Assembly (NCBI GenBank): GCA_944377145.1
Contig: CALWEH010000010.1
Coordinates: forward strand, 4,871-68,870
Length of the DNA stretch: 64,000 nucleotides
Direction: 5' to 3'
Source: an uncultured Clostridia bacterium
GTDB taxonomy: Bacteria; Bacillota; Clostridia; Christensenellales; UBA1242
Below the pieces are notes generated by a model. That model did not search any database. It was not told the DNA's origin and saw only the letters and a program-made list of their open reading frames with translations. This document shows, piece after piece, positions 40,789 to 50,843 of this stretch; the stretch's first letter is position 1, and each line of letters starts with the position of its first letter. The position numbers and the translations under genes are program-made.

Positions 40789-42849
40789 ATGAAAATGGAA
40801 TTATTGGCTCCTGCAGGTGATTTTGAAAGTTTAAAAACAGCAGTGTATAATGGTGCAAATGCTGTTTATTTAGGAATTAAACAATTTAATGCAAGAAATA
40901 ACATTGATGGTTTTGATTTAAATAATTTGGCTGATGCTGTAAATTTTGCTCATTTATATCAAGTAAAGGTTTATTTGGCTTTAAATATACTGATTAAAGA
41001 TGATGAAATGAATGACGCTTTAAACATAGTGTGCAAGGCTAATAATATAGGTGTAGACGCATTTATAATTCAAGATTTGGGGTTAGCTGGATTAATAAGA
41101 AAACATTATCCATCTATAATTTTACATGCTAGCACTCAGATGGGAGTGCATAATCTTGAAGGTGTTAAAATTTTAGAGAAATTAGGATTTAAACGAGTTG
41201 TATTATCTAGAGAAACTCCTTTAGATGAGATTAAACGTATTCATGATAACAGTGATATTGAGATTGAATTTTTTGTTCAAGGTGCTTTATGCGTCAGTTT
41301 TTCAGGGAATTGTTATATTTGTTCTCATTTAGCTGGTAAAAGTGGTAATAGAGGAGTGTGTCAGCAATTTTGCAGATTGCCATATCGATTTGAAAGTGAC
41401 AATATAACCAAACAAGGATTTTTATTAAGCGCAAAAGATATTTGTTTGATAGATTATTTAAAAAAATTAAAAGAAGTTGGTGTATTAAGCTTAAAAATAG
41501 AAGGTAGAGCTAGACGACCATTTTATGTTGCTCAAGCTTGCAAAGTATATAGAAAGGCCCTAGATGGAGAATTGGTAACTGATGAAGAATTTACTAAATT
41601 GAAAATAGCATTTAATAGAGAACTTACTCCAGCATATTTTAATGGAAATGGCAATATAATTTCAAAAATTCAAGGAAATAACGGTGTAGAAATAGGGGAA
41701 GTTGTAGATTTTAAGATGGGCAAAAAGTTTAATGAAGTATTTATAAAAACTGATTACAATTTGCAATCTAAAAGTGGACTTAAGTTTTTATATAAAAATA
41801 AAGAAATTGCCTCTATTGGAAGTTATGATATAAAAAAATATGGTAAATTATATAGGGTTACAACTAAAGCAAAGATAAAAGTTGGCTCAAAAGTAAATAT
41901 TATTCAAGATAATTCAATAGAAGAAGAAATATTAAAATATAAAACAAAATTACCTATTAATGTGAAATTTGTAGCCATTAAAAATAAACCTTTAATTTTA
42001 ATAGTTAGTTGGAATGATGAGAGGGTAGAGATTAAAGGAGAAGATGTTTTACAGGCAAAAACTCTTGTAAATAAAGTTGAAGATGTAAAAAGACAGTTGG
42101 AAAGAAGCCAAGTATTTCAAATTAATGAAAGTGAAATTATTTTAAAAGATTGTTATTTATTAAATTCTTCTATAAATCAAATTAGAAATGAAGCTTATAA
42201 TACCTTACAAGAAAAAATATTAAAAAAATATGAAAAAATAAAATTAAATGCGATAAATATTGAAAAAATAGGTAAAAAATATAATAAAAATAAATTTAAT
42301 TTTAAAATAATTGAAGATATGCAATATTTAGAAAAATGCGATAATTTAATATATGATTATAATGATTTTTCAATGGAAGATATTAAATTGTTTGATGATT
42401 TTTGTAAACAAAATAAATGTGATGGGTATTTAGATTTACCAAATTTTGCAACAGAACAAGATATTTTGAAAATAACTAAAGTCTTGAATGAAACTAATTT
42501 GGGAATAGTGGCAAATAATTTATATGCATTTAAATTTAATTGTAAAAAGATTGGAGGGCAATTTTTAAACATATATAATAGTTATACAATTCAACAATTA
42601 TTGGAATTAGATAAAATGCAGGCATGCTTTGTTGAAGAAATTGATAGAGAAGATTTAAATTTATCAGTGCCATTGTTAAAACGAGAGAATGTTTATATGA
42701 CTTTACTGCATTGCCCTTTCAAGCAAAATTTAGGAGGAGATTGTAATAATTGTAAATATAATAAGGCTAGTTATACAATGTCTAATGGAAGAAAATTTAA
42801 TATAAAGAGGAAGAAAACATATAATTGTGTGTTTTTATTAAAGGATTAA
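40789..42849 (+). CDS. Peptidase U32 family protein, long form (RlhA/TrhP-type RNA hydroxylation factor family)
   Basis: 686 aa. The N-terminus MELLAPAGDFESLKTAVYNGANAVYLG and the block EGRARRP are U32 signatures. Cys motifs include CxxxxC...C and a C-terminal HCPF...CNNC. Confidence 0.8.
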   Translation: MKMELLAPAGDFESLKTAVYNGANAVYLGIKQFNARNNIDGFDLNNLADAVNFAHLYQVKVYLALNILIKDDEMNDALNIVCKANNIGVDAFIIQDLGLAGLIRKHYPSIILHASTQMGVHNLEGVKILEKLGFKRVVLSRETPLDEIKRIHDNSDIEIEFFVQGALCVSFSGNCYICSHLAGKSGNRGVCQQFCRLPYRFESDNITKQGFLLSAKDICLIDYLKKLKEVGVLSLKIEGRARRPFYVAQACKVYRKALDGELVTDEEFTKLKIAFNRELTPAYFNGNGNIISKIQGNNGVEIGEVVDFKMGKKFNEVFIKTDYNLQSKSGLKFLYKNKEIASIGSYDIKKYGKLYRVTTKAKIKVGSKVNIIQDNSIEEEILKYKTKLPINVKFVAIKNKPLILIVSWNDERVEIKGEDVLQAKTLVNKVEDVKRQLERSQVFQINESEIILKDCYLLNSSINQIRNEAYNTLQEKILKKYEKIKLNAINIEKIGKKYNKNKFNFKIIEDMQYLEKCDNLIYDYNDFSMEDIKLFDDFCKQNKCDGYLDLPNFATEQDILKITKVLNETNLGIVANNLYAFKFNCKKIGGQFLNIYNSYTIQQLLELDKMQACFVEEIDREDLNLSVPLLKRENVYMTLLHCPFKQNLGGDCNNCKYNKASYTMSNGRKFNIKRKKTYNCVFLLKD

Positions 42850-42853
42850 ATAT

Positions 42854-44188
42854 ATGAAATTACCGCAAAAATTTTTAGATAGAATGAAAATGTTGTTAGG
42901 AGATGAGTTCAACTCTTTTATAAACAGTTATTCAAAACAACCCATAAAATCCTTTTTTATAAATAACAATAAAATTAATGATAGCGATTTTTTAAAAAAT
43001 TGTAATTGGAAAATTAAGAAAAATTATCCTGGTTGGCAATTAATGGAAGATATTAAAATTGGTAAAACTGTTGAACATCATGCAGGTATGATTTATATGC
43101 AAGAATTAAGTGCTATGATGCCTGTAACTTTTCTGCCTTTAAATGAAAACGATTTAGTGCTTGATATGTGTTCAGCACCAGGAGGAAAATCTATACAAAT
43201 AGCAAATAGATTAAAAAATGGGTTTTTAATATCTAATGAAATTATAAAGTCAAGAGCAAATATTTTAGAGTCTAATATAGAGAGAATGGGTTTAAAAAAT
43301 GTGTGTATTACAAACAATTCTCCCATTGAACTAGAAAAGTTTTTTAAAGGAATATTTGATGCGATTGTTGTAGATGCTCCTTGTTCTGGAGAAGGAATGT
43401 TTAGAAAAGATGATAATGCAATAGCAAATTGGTCAAGTGAAAATGTACAAACTTGTGCTGATAGGCAACTTGAAATATTAGAGAGTGCTAACAAAATGTT
43501 GAAAAATGGAGGTTACATATTATATTCCACATGCACTTTTTCAGTTGAGGAAAATGAAGGCGTTGTGATGAAATTTTGTGAAAGACATGATTATAATATA
43601 ATCAAACTTGATTACACATTGGCTAGCAGAGGGGTAAAATTAAATAATGTAAATACAGATTATGCGTTAAGATTTTATCCACATAAGTTTGATGGAGAGG
43701 GACAATTTGTGTGTTTAATGCAGAAAAATGAAGTTAGTGACCAATATATAAAAATAAATAATAGATTGAGAAATTTAAATGAATTTAAGAGTGAATTTAA
43801 TATATTTAAAAAATTTTGTGAAAGCAATTTAAAAAATTATCAAGATTTAATTGAAAATTGCATATTTAATAAAGGAATTATATATTATACTATAAATAAA
43901 GAAGTTGCCCAAAGTGGAGTGAGATTGATAAATTGTGGCTGTATTGTTGGAGAGATAATAAATAATAGATTTGAACCACATCATAATTTTATAACATGTT
44001 TTGGGAATTTGTTTAAAAAATCTATTGATTTGAATGAAGAGCAGGCAAATAAATTTATTAAAGGAGAAACCCTTGATTGTGATTTGGACGGATTTGTTGT
44101 TGTAAAATATAAAGATGTTGTATTGGGCTTTGGTAAGTCGAAAGGTGTGCTTAAAAACAAATATCCTAAAGCGTTAAGAAATTTATAA
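42854..44188 (+). CDS. RsmB/RsmF-family RNA cytosine-C5 methyltransferase
   Basis: 444 aa with the SAM motif DMCSAPGGKS and the catalytic motifs DAPCSGEGMFRKD and YSTCTFSVEENE. It has an RsmF/YebU-like C-terminal PUA-like region. It starts 4 nt after the U32 stop. Confidence 0.85.
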   Translation: MKLPQKFLDRMKMLLGDEFNSFINSYSKQPIKSFFINNNKINDSDFLKNCNWKIKKNYPGWQLMEDIKIGKTVEHHAGMIYMQELSAMMPVTFLPLNENDLVLDMCSAPGGKSIQIANRLKNGFLISNEIIKSRANILESNIERMGLKNVCITNNSPIELEKFFKGIFDAIVVDAPCSGEGMFRKDDNAIANWSSENVQTCADRQLEILESANKMLKNGGYILYSTCTFSVEENEGVVMKFCERHDYNIIKLDYTLASRGVKLNNVNTDYALRFYPHKFDGEGQFVCLMQKNEVSDQYIKINNRLRNLNEFKSEFNIFKKFCESNLKNYQDLIENCIFNKGIIYYTINKEVAQSGVRLINCGCIVGEIINNRFEPHHNFITCFGNLFKKSIDLNEEQANKFIKGETLDCDLDGFVVVKYKDVVLGFGKSKGVLKNKYPKALRNL

Positions 44189-44473
44189 AAAATCGCAAAA
44201 AAATAATAAAAAAATATATAAAAATTGCGTAAAAAATAATAAAAAATAGTTTAATTAATTAAATTTTGTTTATTTTGCTTAAAATTATATATAATTTTAC
44301 TATGAATTGATTAAAAAAATTTGATTTTACACTCAAAATGCCTAAAAAATGATAAAAATAATAGAAAAATGATATAATTTATCAACAAATTTTAAAAAAG
44401 CTATTGAAATTTATTGTTTTTTGTAGTATATTAATAATGCAAGCTATAAAAATTAAAAAAAGGAGAGATTTGT

Positions 44474-47400
44474 ATGGTGCTTTCAAATGTAATGGCAACT
44501 GGTGCTTGGACAGCTTTTTTAAGTGTGTTGGCAATTATAGGAATAGTTGTTGCAGGAGGATTTATTGTAGCTTTATGTGGAAAAATGGTGTTGGGGATAT
44601 TTAATGGCAAGAAAGAAACTGTAGATAGTAATGAATATAATTACACCAATACAAATGTACATAACGAGTATAGAGAAGAGCAGAACATTGTTAATAAAAC
44701 AGTAGAACCTTCAACAACAAATGATTATAGCAACGTTTTAGATGTTGATGATAATAAGGCTGAAATTGAGAAAGAAAAGTTGAATCGAGAGTTGTCTGGA
44801 AATGAGGAAGATGATTTCTTTAAAGATTTTAAAGAAGATGATACAGTTGAAGATGATGAATTGATGAGTATGATTGATGAAATATCTAATGATGTGTTAG
44901 ATGAAGAAGAAAGTCAAAATACTCAAATAGAAAATGAGCAAGAAGAAAAAACTAAATCTGTTTTGGATAATTATTCAATAGATAACTATTTTGAAAACAG
45001 TGAAAATGAAGAAAACAAAGATGATGATGAAATAATAGAGGAAAATGTCGAGACTGTGGTTGATGAAGACACTATGAATGAAATCAACACTTTAAAACAA
45101 CAAATAAAGGAAATTTTAGAAGCTATGGATGATACAAACAATAAAAATGAAACATTTAATGAACAATTAATCAACATTTTAAATGAATTAAAAGAAGCCA
45201 ATAAAAGTAAGACTACTATAAAAACAGAAGAAGAGGCTGAAAAAGAAATTAATGATTTAAAACAACAGCTTGAAAATTCTCGTATTGAAATGGAACGTCA
45301 GTTCCAAGAAAAACTTGCAGACAAAGATGCTGAAATGCAAGCTCGTTTGCAGGAACAATTAGATGCTTCTAATGCTGAGATTGAATCTTTAAAAGCTCAA
45401 TTATCTGCATTATTACAAAAAATGGATGAAGATGATAATGCTGGCGGAGATGAAGTTGAAGAAAACAAGGAAGAAGTTGTGGAAGATAATGAGATTGCAG
45501 CTTTGCGTGAAGAAGTTAAGCAAATATTAAATGAAATTCGTGAAGAGAATGATGTTAAAAATGCTGAATTTAATTCTCAATTAACTGCTATATTAAATGA
45601 AATGAAATCTGCTAATTTACAAAAAAGTGAAGAGGTTAAGATTGAGTCTTCTGAAGATGCTGTAGAAGAAATAGCAGATTGGAAAGATCAACTAGAATTA
45701 ACTGAAAAAGAAATAATAGAGCAATTTAAAGACGAGATAGCTCATAGCGAGGATGATGAAAAAGCTGAAATTCGCACAGAAATGCAGAATTATAATGATG
45801 AAATAAAAGAATTAAAAGCTCAACTTGAAAATTTAATGAACAAGTTTGAAGAAGATAGTTCTAATGCAAAAGCAGAAAACCAAGCATTAATTGACGAATT
45901 AGAAGCTGAAAGACAAAAAAGAATAGCTTTAGAACGTGAAAAACTTGAGCGTGAAAAAGAGCAAGAAGCTCAATTAGAAGGCTTAAGAAAAGAAAATGAA
46001 CAATTAGCAGACAAGCTTTTACAAAGAGATCAATCTAATTATCAAAATTTAACTGATGATGAAATGAATGATTTGTATAGCGAAGCTAATAATATAGATT
46101 ATTCTGCAATCAAACAAATGCATGAACAACAAATTGATGAAAAAGTAAAAGAAGGCTTAGAGCAATCTAAGGCTGAAATTGATGAATTGAAAGAACAAAT
46201 TTCAAGAATTAATGCCTTTATTGAAAAGCGTGAAGAAGAGTTGGCAGGGCAAATGAATGTGCATGAAGTTAGAAATCCTGTTGACGCTAATTTAAATAAT
46301 GAGATTACCGCTGAAGAAGTTGAAGAAAAAGTAAAAGAAAAATTAAATGATGCTTTACAAGAAATTGAAAGCTTAAAAGAAAATCTTGCTGAAACAAAGC
46401 AAGAAGTTGAAAATCAATATAAGGAACAATTAGCTAATACTGAAGCTGGAATGGAATATGATAAAGTTAATAAGCTTCAAGAGTCAGCTGAAAAAATTGA
46501 TTCATTAGATAGTCAATTAAATCAATTAAGTGAAAATATTGCAAATGAACGTGAAAATGCAAAAGCTACAAGCGAGCAATGTGTTGCTGAATTAGAAACT
46601 AGCAGAGAAGATAAAGTAGAGCATGCAAAACAACAATTAGCTGAAATTGGAGATGAACAAACAGAAGTTGCAGTGGTTGGTCCTAAAAATAATCAAGTGG
46701 CTTTAATTTCTTCTAATAATATTAAAGGAGAAAGTGTAGAAGCTATTGATGCAGATGAAATAAAGAAGCTAACTGAGCAAGAAATTGAAGAAATAGTAGA
46801 AAAAAGATTAAAATCTGCTAATATGGAAATCGACAATTTAAAAGATCAAATTGAAAGCTTAAAGCAAGATTTAATACAAAAAGATGAAGAAATTGAAAAA
46901 GTGCAAGCTGAAATGTCATCTGTTCCAGTAATGAGAAGTCCTTTATTTGATGTTGAAACTATTAAAAAGATTACAGCTCAAGAGGTTGAGGTTAAAGTTC
47001 AAGAAAAATTAGCTGAAGCTATGAAAGAAATCGAAGAAATGAAACGTCAACTAGAAATTTCAAGACAAGAAATTGAAAAGCAATATAAAGAACAGGTTGT
47101 AAACAATGAAGATGTAAAAACTGAAGTTAAAGAGCAATTAAAAGATTCTGCTGCTGAAGTAGTTGATTTAAAAGAACATTTAGCTGATTTAACTGAACAA
47201 ATAACATTAGAACATCAAGAAGCAAAAGAAAATAGTGCAGTTATAGCAGAACAATTAGAACAAACTAGAAAAGAGATTGGAGAAATTACAAAACAACAAT
47301 TAACATTTAACGACAATAGCGATATGGCTTTAACTACTAGTGCAGATGTTACAGTAATTGGACCAAAAAACAATCAAGTGGCTTTAGTTACAGGATTGCC

Positions 47401-48067
47401 AATGGTTGCTCAAGAAGAAGTAGAAGATATCCCAACAATAGATATTGAAACAGTTAAGAAGTTGACTGAACAAGAAATTGAAGAAAAAGTAGAACAAAGA
47501 ATGACTAATTCAATCATTGAAATAGAAGAATTGAAAAAACAAATTTTAAATTTATCTATTCAAGTTCAAGAATTGAAGAAAGATAAGCCAAACGATGATG
47601 ATGAGGGTAAAGTTGTAGTATTCCATTATTCAACAGAAGAAGCTTATTTAGAAAGAATTGCTGTATTAGAAGAAAGATTAAAAATAGCTAAAAAAGACCT
47701 AAAGATTAATAATAAAGAATTAAAACCTTTAGAAAAAGTGAATAGAACACTAGAAAGAGATAGAGCAAAACTTAGAAGAAAAGATTCTATTGTTGCAAAG
47801 AAAAGAGTAGCTTTATATGGTGTGAATAATTATACTGACATTGATAAAGAAAAAGAGGAAAAATTAGCTCAAGAATTAGAGTTGTTGGACGGCTTGAGAT
47901 TATCAGTTAGTCATTGTGAAGAAGTTATGAATGCAAATATTGATAGATATCCTATATTATTGCACACAGATCAAATTTTAAGAGAAAATATAGCAAATCT
48001 TGAAAGTGATATTGATACTTTAAATAAAGAGCTTAAAGCATTGCGTGAAAAAAATAGCGCTCAATAA
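44474..48067 (+). CDS. Giant N-terminally membrane-anchored acidic coiled-coil protein (1197 aa)
   Basis: SD aaggagag. A single TM (WTAFLSVLAIIGIVVAGGFIVALCG) is followed by about 1150 aa of Glu/Lys/Gln-rich heptad-like sequence with duplicated modules, and a distinct basic C-terminal region of about 170 aa. Confidence 0.7.
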   Translation: MVLSNVMATGAWTAFLSVLAIIGIVVAGGFIVALCGKMVLGIFNGKKETVDSNEYNYTNTNVHNEYREEQNIVNKTVEPSTTNDYSNVLDVDDNKAEIEKEKLNRELSGNEEDDFFKDFKEDDTVEDDELMSMIDEISNDVLDEEESQNTQIENEQEEKTKSVLDNYSIDNYFENSENEENKDDDEIIEENVETVVDEDTMNEINTLKQQIKEILEAMDDTNNKNETFNEQLINILNELKEANKSKTTIKTEEEAEKEINDLKQQLENSRIEMERQFQEKLADKDAEMQARLQEQLDASNAEIESLKAQLSALLQKMDEDDNAGGDEVEENKEEVVEDNEIAALREEVKQILNEIREENDVKNAEFNSQLTAILNEMKSANLQKSEEVKIESSEDAVEEIADWKDQLELTEKEIIEQFKDEIAHSEDDEKAEIRTEMQNYNDEIKELKAQLENLMNKFEEDSSNAKAENQALIDELEAERQKRIALEREKLEREKEQEAQLEGLRKENEQLADKLLQRDQSNYQNLTDDEMNDLYSEANNIDYSAIKQMHEQQIDEKVKEGLEQSKAEIDELKEQISRINAFIEKREEELAGQMNVHEVRNPVDANLNNEITAEEVEEKVKEKLNDALQEIESLKENLAETKQEVENQYKEQLANTEAGMEYDKVNKLQESAEKIDSLDSQLNQLSENIANERENAKATSEQCVAELETSREDKVEHAKQQLAEIGDEQTEVAVVGPKNNQVALISSNNIKGESVEAIDADEIKKLTEQEIEEIVEKRLKSANMEIDNLKDQIESLKQDLIQKDEEIEKVQAEMSSVPVMRSPLFDVETIKKITAQEVEVKVQEKLAEAMKEIEEMKRQLEISRQEIEKQYKEQVVNNEDVKTEVKEQLKDSAAEVVDLKEHLADLTEQITLEHQEAKENSAVIAEQLEQTRKEIGEITKQQLTFNDNSDMALTTSADVTVIGPKNNQVALVTGLPMVAQEEVEDIPTIDIETVKKLTEQEIEEKVEQRMTNSIIEIEELKKQILNLSIQVQELKKDKPNDDDEGKVVVFHYSTEEAYLERIAVLEERLKIAKKDLKINNKELKPLEKVNRTLERDRAKLRRKDSIVAKKRVALYGVNNYTDIDKEKEEKLAQELELLDGLRLSVSHCEEVMNANIDRYPILLHTDQILRENIANLESDIDTLNKELKALREKNSAQ

Positions 48068-48073
48068 TAAATT

Positions 48074-48104
48074 AAAATCCTTGTAAATATACAAGGATTT
48101 TTTT
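48074..48104 (+). terminator. Intrinsic terminator
   Basis: 11-bp stem aaaatccttgt/acaaggatttt, then a T-run. Confidence 0.85.
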
Positions 48105-48199
48105 ATATCTTAAACTATTAATATATTTTTAGTCATGTTAAAATATTTGGTTAATAAAATAGATTTATGATATAATAGAATATATAAAAAGGAATAATT

Positions 48200-49033
48200 A
48201 TGAGTTTGTTTAAAAAGAAATCTCCTATTATAGGATTATGCTTGGGCGGAGGAGGCACTAGAGGTTTTGCTCATCTAGGGGCTTTAAAAGCTTTTGAAGA
48301 ATATGGCATAAATTTTGATATAGTGGCGGGGTGTAGTGTTGGAAGTTGTGTTGGAGCTATGATTTGCTCTGGAAAAGGTTTTCAACAAATTTATGACATA
48401 GCTAAATCGCTTGAAGTTAAGGATATCAAACGAAATAAAATTAAGTTTATGCCATCATCAACAGAAGGGCTTGAAGAACTAATTTCTAATAACATTAGTT
48501 ATAAAAATATTGAAGATTTACCTAAAAAGTTGTTTATTGTAAGCGTAGATGTAAAAACAGGTAAAGAAATGGTTTTTGATAAAGGCGATTTGGCTAAAAT
48601 TGTTGCTGGAAGTTGTGCTGTTCCTGGTGTATTTTATGCTGTAAATTATAATGATATGACTTTGGTTGATGGAGGTGTAATGAATAATATCCCAGCTGAT
48701 GTTTTGAAAAAAAATGGCTGTGATGTAATTATTACTGTAGATGTAAATAGTGCCCGTGGAGGAGGAACTTCTAGTGATAAATTTTATGATATATTTTTAG
48801 CCTCTATTTCAATATTAATGAAAAATAATTCAAAGCAAGGGTATGAATATAGCGATATTGTGATAAAGCCTGATACAAAACGGTTTAAATCTACAAAACT
48901 TGATGGGCATGAAATGATGGTTGAAGAAGGGTATAATGCAACAATTAAATTAATGCCTGAAATATTAAAATTGATAAAAAACAAAAGATATAGATTATGG
49001 AAACGAAAGAAAAGAAAACTTGGAGAAAAATAA
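48200..49033 (+). CDS. Patatin-like phospholipase family protein
   Basis: 277 aa with the oxyanion loop GGGGTRG, the nucleophile elbow GCSVG (GxSxG) and the DGG catalytic Asp motif (LVDGGVMNN). Confidence 0.85.
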   Translation: MSLFKKKSPIIGLCLGGGGTRGFAHLGALKAFEEYGINFDIVAGCSVGSCVGAMICSGKGFQQIYDIAKSLEVKDIKRNKIKFMPSSTEGLEELISNNISYKNIEDLPKKLFIVSVDVKTGKEMVFDKGDLAKIVAGSCAVPGVFYAVNYNDMTLVDGGVMNNIPADVLKKNGCDVIITVDVNSARGGGTSSDKFYDIFLASISILMKNNSKQGYEYSDIVIKPDTKRFKSTKLDGHEMMVEEGYNATIKLMPEILKLIKNKRYRLWKRKKRKLGEK

Positions 49034-50079
49034 TAACTTTAATATCAATAATTTCATTTTTATTATTAACAATATGTTTTACAAAATTTATAGATAAAGG
49101 ACTGCAGGCTTTTTTATTAAATGTGTTTAACATTAGAGCAAATGAAGATGATTTATTAATTCATTATATAGATGTTGGACAAGGAGATGCAATAGCTATT
49201 CAATTTCCAAATAAAGAAATTATGCTAATAGATTCTGGAACTAAATATAGCCAAAATGATTTAGTGCAATATATTAAATCAACAGTTTTAAAAGATAATA
49301 AAGATTTAGTAATAGATTATTTTATATTAACACATTCAGATACAGATCATTCAGGTGGAGCTTGTGCAATTTTTAAAGAATTTGAAGTTAAAAATTTTTA
49401 TAGACCAAATATTGCCAGCATAGATGAAAATATTGATGATTTCTATATACAGGTAGATAATAAAGAGTATAATGAAGCTATAAAATATGCATCAGTTGAG
49501 GATAAAATAAATATTGAAATAATAAAAGACGGATATAATTTTTATCTTGGAGATGTTTTTGTTAGATTTTTTGGCCCACTACACTCTTACACTACTACAA
49601 ATCAAATTAGTCCAATTATTAAAATACAATATAAAGATAAGTCATTTTTATTTACAGGAGATGTATCTAGTGAGGCGGAAAAAGATTTAGTTCAAAAATA
49701 TGGAAATGAGTTAAGTGCAGATGTTCTAAAAGTTGGACATCATGGAAGTGAAAATGCTACTAGTATTGAATTTTTAAATTGCGTAAATCCTAGTGTGGCA
49801 ATTATAAGTGTTGGGCAAAATTCATACGGACACCCTTCAATGTACACTATTAGAAATTTAGAATTATTTGGAGCAGAAATTCATCGCACTGATGAGGAAG
49901 AAAATATTTTGTTTGTATACGGAAAAAATTGTTTTAGAGTGTTGGGAGAGGTGTATCATTCATATACATATATTAATTGGTGGATTATAGCTTTAATACT
50001 TATTGCAATTTTAATTGTATTTTTAATAAAGAATATTGTATATATTGTTAAAACAAAGCAAATTAAAGAAAAGCTTTAA
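48997..50079 (+). CDS. Membrane-anchored metallo-beta-lactamase-fold hydrolase, ComEC C-terminal-domain-like
   Basis: 360 aa with N- and C-terminal TM helices. Motifs are IDVGQGDA, LTHSDTDHSGG and VGHHGS. It overlaps the patatin gene by 37 nt. Confidence 0.7.
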   Translation: METKEKKTWRKIITLISIISFLLLTICFTKFIDKGLQAFLLNVFNIRANEDDLLIHYIDVGQGDAIAIQFPNKEIMLIDSGTKYSQNDLVQYIKSTVLKDNKDLVIDYFILTHSDTDHSGGACAIFKEFEVKNFYRPNIASIDENIDDFYIQVDNKEYNEAIKYASVEDKINIEIIKDGYNFYLGDVFVRFFGPLHSYTTTNQISPIIKIQYKDKSFLFTGDVSSEAEKDLVQKYGNELSADVLKVGHHGSENATSIEFLNCVNPSVAIISVGQNSYGHPSMYTIRNLELFGAEIHRTDEEENILFVYGKNCFRVLGEVYHSYTYINWWIIALILIAILIVFLIKNIVYIVKTKQIKEKL

Positions 50080-50353
50080 TTTGCTTTGTATAACATTTAA
50101 TATTTGTGAAATGTTTAATATGAAAAATTTACTTGCTAAAATATAAAATATTTGATATGATGTACATTGTAAAACATAAACAAACAGAAAGTAGACTATC
50201 AAAAATTAAACATGAGAATATAAAAGATTTTACATAAAATCTTAATAGAAATATACGGTTTCAATTATTTTACTTTCTATATAAACTTTTTAAGTTTAAG
50301 ATGCTTTCAGGGGTTAAATAACTTTTAATGATAGTATTTAAATTGATGGGAGG

Positions 50354-50833
50354 GTGAAAGTGAATAAAAATATATTAATTGTTTGTTTGGATAAGAGATT
50401 GAGAAAAGATTTATCATTGCTTTTATCAAAAGAGCTAAATAAGATTTATTTAGATGTTGACGAACTACTTGATTTAGAATTATTAAATTATCCAGAAATA
50501 TCATTAACAGAAGCAGGCGAGAAATTGGTTGTTTTGGAACAAAAATGCATTAATAGAGCATTAAGTTATGAAAATTGTATTATTACTATTTCAACAGATA
50601 TGTTTATTTCATCAAATAATTTTAAATTACTAAAAAACTTATTTAAAATATTTATTCAAATTCCTAAAAGTAGAATTTTAACTATTGGGAATAATAGACA
50701 TTCTATAAATCAAGAATTATTATTATATGATGAGATTAATTCAGTTGTAGCAAAAAATTGTGATGAAACTATTAACAGCTCAAATAAGTTAGTGCAATTA
50801 ATATTTAAAGAAATTATCGAGAAAATAGCTTAA
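50354..50833 (+). CDS. Shikimate-kinase-like protein with degenerate P-loop (hypothetical)
   Basis: 157-159 aa, starting at GTG 50354 or more likely GTG 50360 (6 nt after gggaggg). It is colinear with the AroK pattern (NIxLIG..G.GKS....LAK.L...f.D.D.LI), but the Walker A position reads CLDKRLRKD. Confidence 0.45.
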   Translation: MKVNKNILIVCLDKRLRKDLSLLLSKELNKIYLDVDELLDLELLNYPEISLTEAGEKLVVLEQKCINRALSYENCIITISTDMFISSNNFKLLKNLFKIFIQIPKSRILTIGNNRHSINQELLLYDEINSVVAKNCDETINSSNKLVQLIFKEIIEKIA

Positions 50834-50843
50834 TCAATAAAAT

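Noticed and set aside
44404-44604. Track ORF 44404..44604 (66 aa) overlapping the start of the coiled-coil gene
   Set aside because: It starts at a non-ATG codon inside the promoter region and has no SD. The overlapping frame from ATG 44474 has a strong SD (aaggagag) and continues for 1197 codons.
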